DNA of 64,000 nt from Lama glama (taxonomy: Eukaryota): positions 11,658,001 through 11,722,000 of the forward strand of contig CM052832.1 in assembly GCA_028534125.1 (NCBI GenBank), read 5' to 3'. Below are positions 63,711 through 64,000 of the stretch, piece by piece. Within the stretch, counting starts at the first letter, position 1. Each line of letters opens with the position of its first letter. The translations under genes and the position numbers were made by a program. The notes below the pieces were generated by a model that was not told the DNA's origin, searched no databases, and saw only the letters and a program-made list of their open reading frames with translations.

Positions 63711-64000
63711 ATTTTTTTTCTTTTTTAATCAAGGAGAACTTACTGTTACTCAGTTTGGATTAGATACTATTCTCCATGACACATAGAAAAGAGAGTGCAG
63801 CAGAGTTCAAACAATCCATTTCCTTGCATGTAGTTTGTCCCAGGATGACTTTATCGTTAGTTAAAATTCACTGAGCACAATTGCTTAGGATTTTAGAATC
63901 CATTTCCTCTACCTTTTTCCTCCCCACAGTTAAAAATAGCACCTAACCCACACAATGAGATTTTAACTGTATGTCTCATTTCCAAAGGTATATGAGATCA

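Overview
Mammalian genomic DNA, most likely a camelid, inferred from three tRNA-derived SINEs of the camelid Vic-1 type and cetartiodactyl-type L1 ends. The + strand carries coding exons 2-5 and the 3' UTR of KCNK5 (TASK-2 two-pore K+ channel; exon 1 lies outside the window). About 55 kb further on are the CpG-island promoter and first coding exon of SAYSD1, in the same order and orientation as in human. The intergenic interval is rich in repeats (L1/HAL1, L2, MIR, MLT1, hAT MER elements). Three things stand out. (i) A heavily decayed, intronless MIA3/TANGO1 retrocopy on the - strand (~39.15-43.3 kb), which the ORF track does not reveal as such; it is split by an old MER45B transposon and L1 insertions, and abuts an L1/HAL1 ORF1 C-terminus in the same frame. 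(ii) A 348-bp TSD-flanked element at 9131-9478 made only of an L1 5' end joined to an L1 3' end directly after an AG, a candidate fully spliced L1. (iii) A 39-bp hairpin-forming minisatellite that resembles the L2 3'-end motif. Gene and repeat names come from recalled sequences, not database searches, and repeat boundaries are approximate unless TSDs or TIRs are cited.
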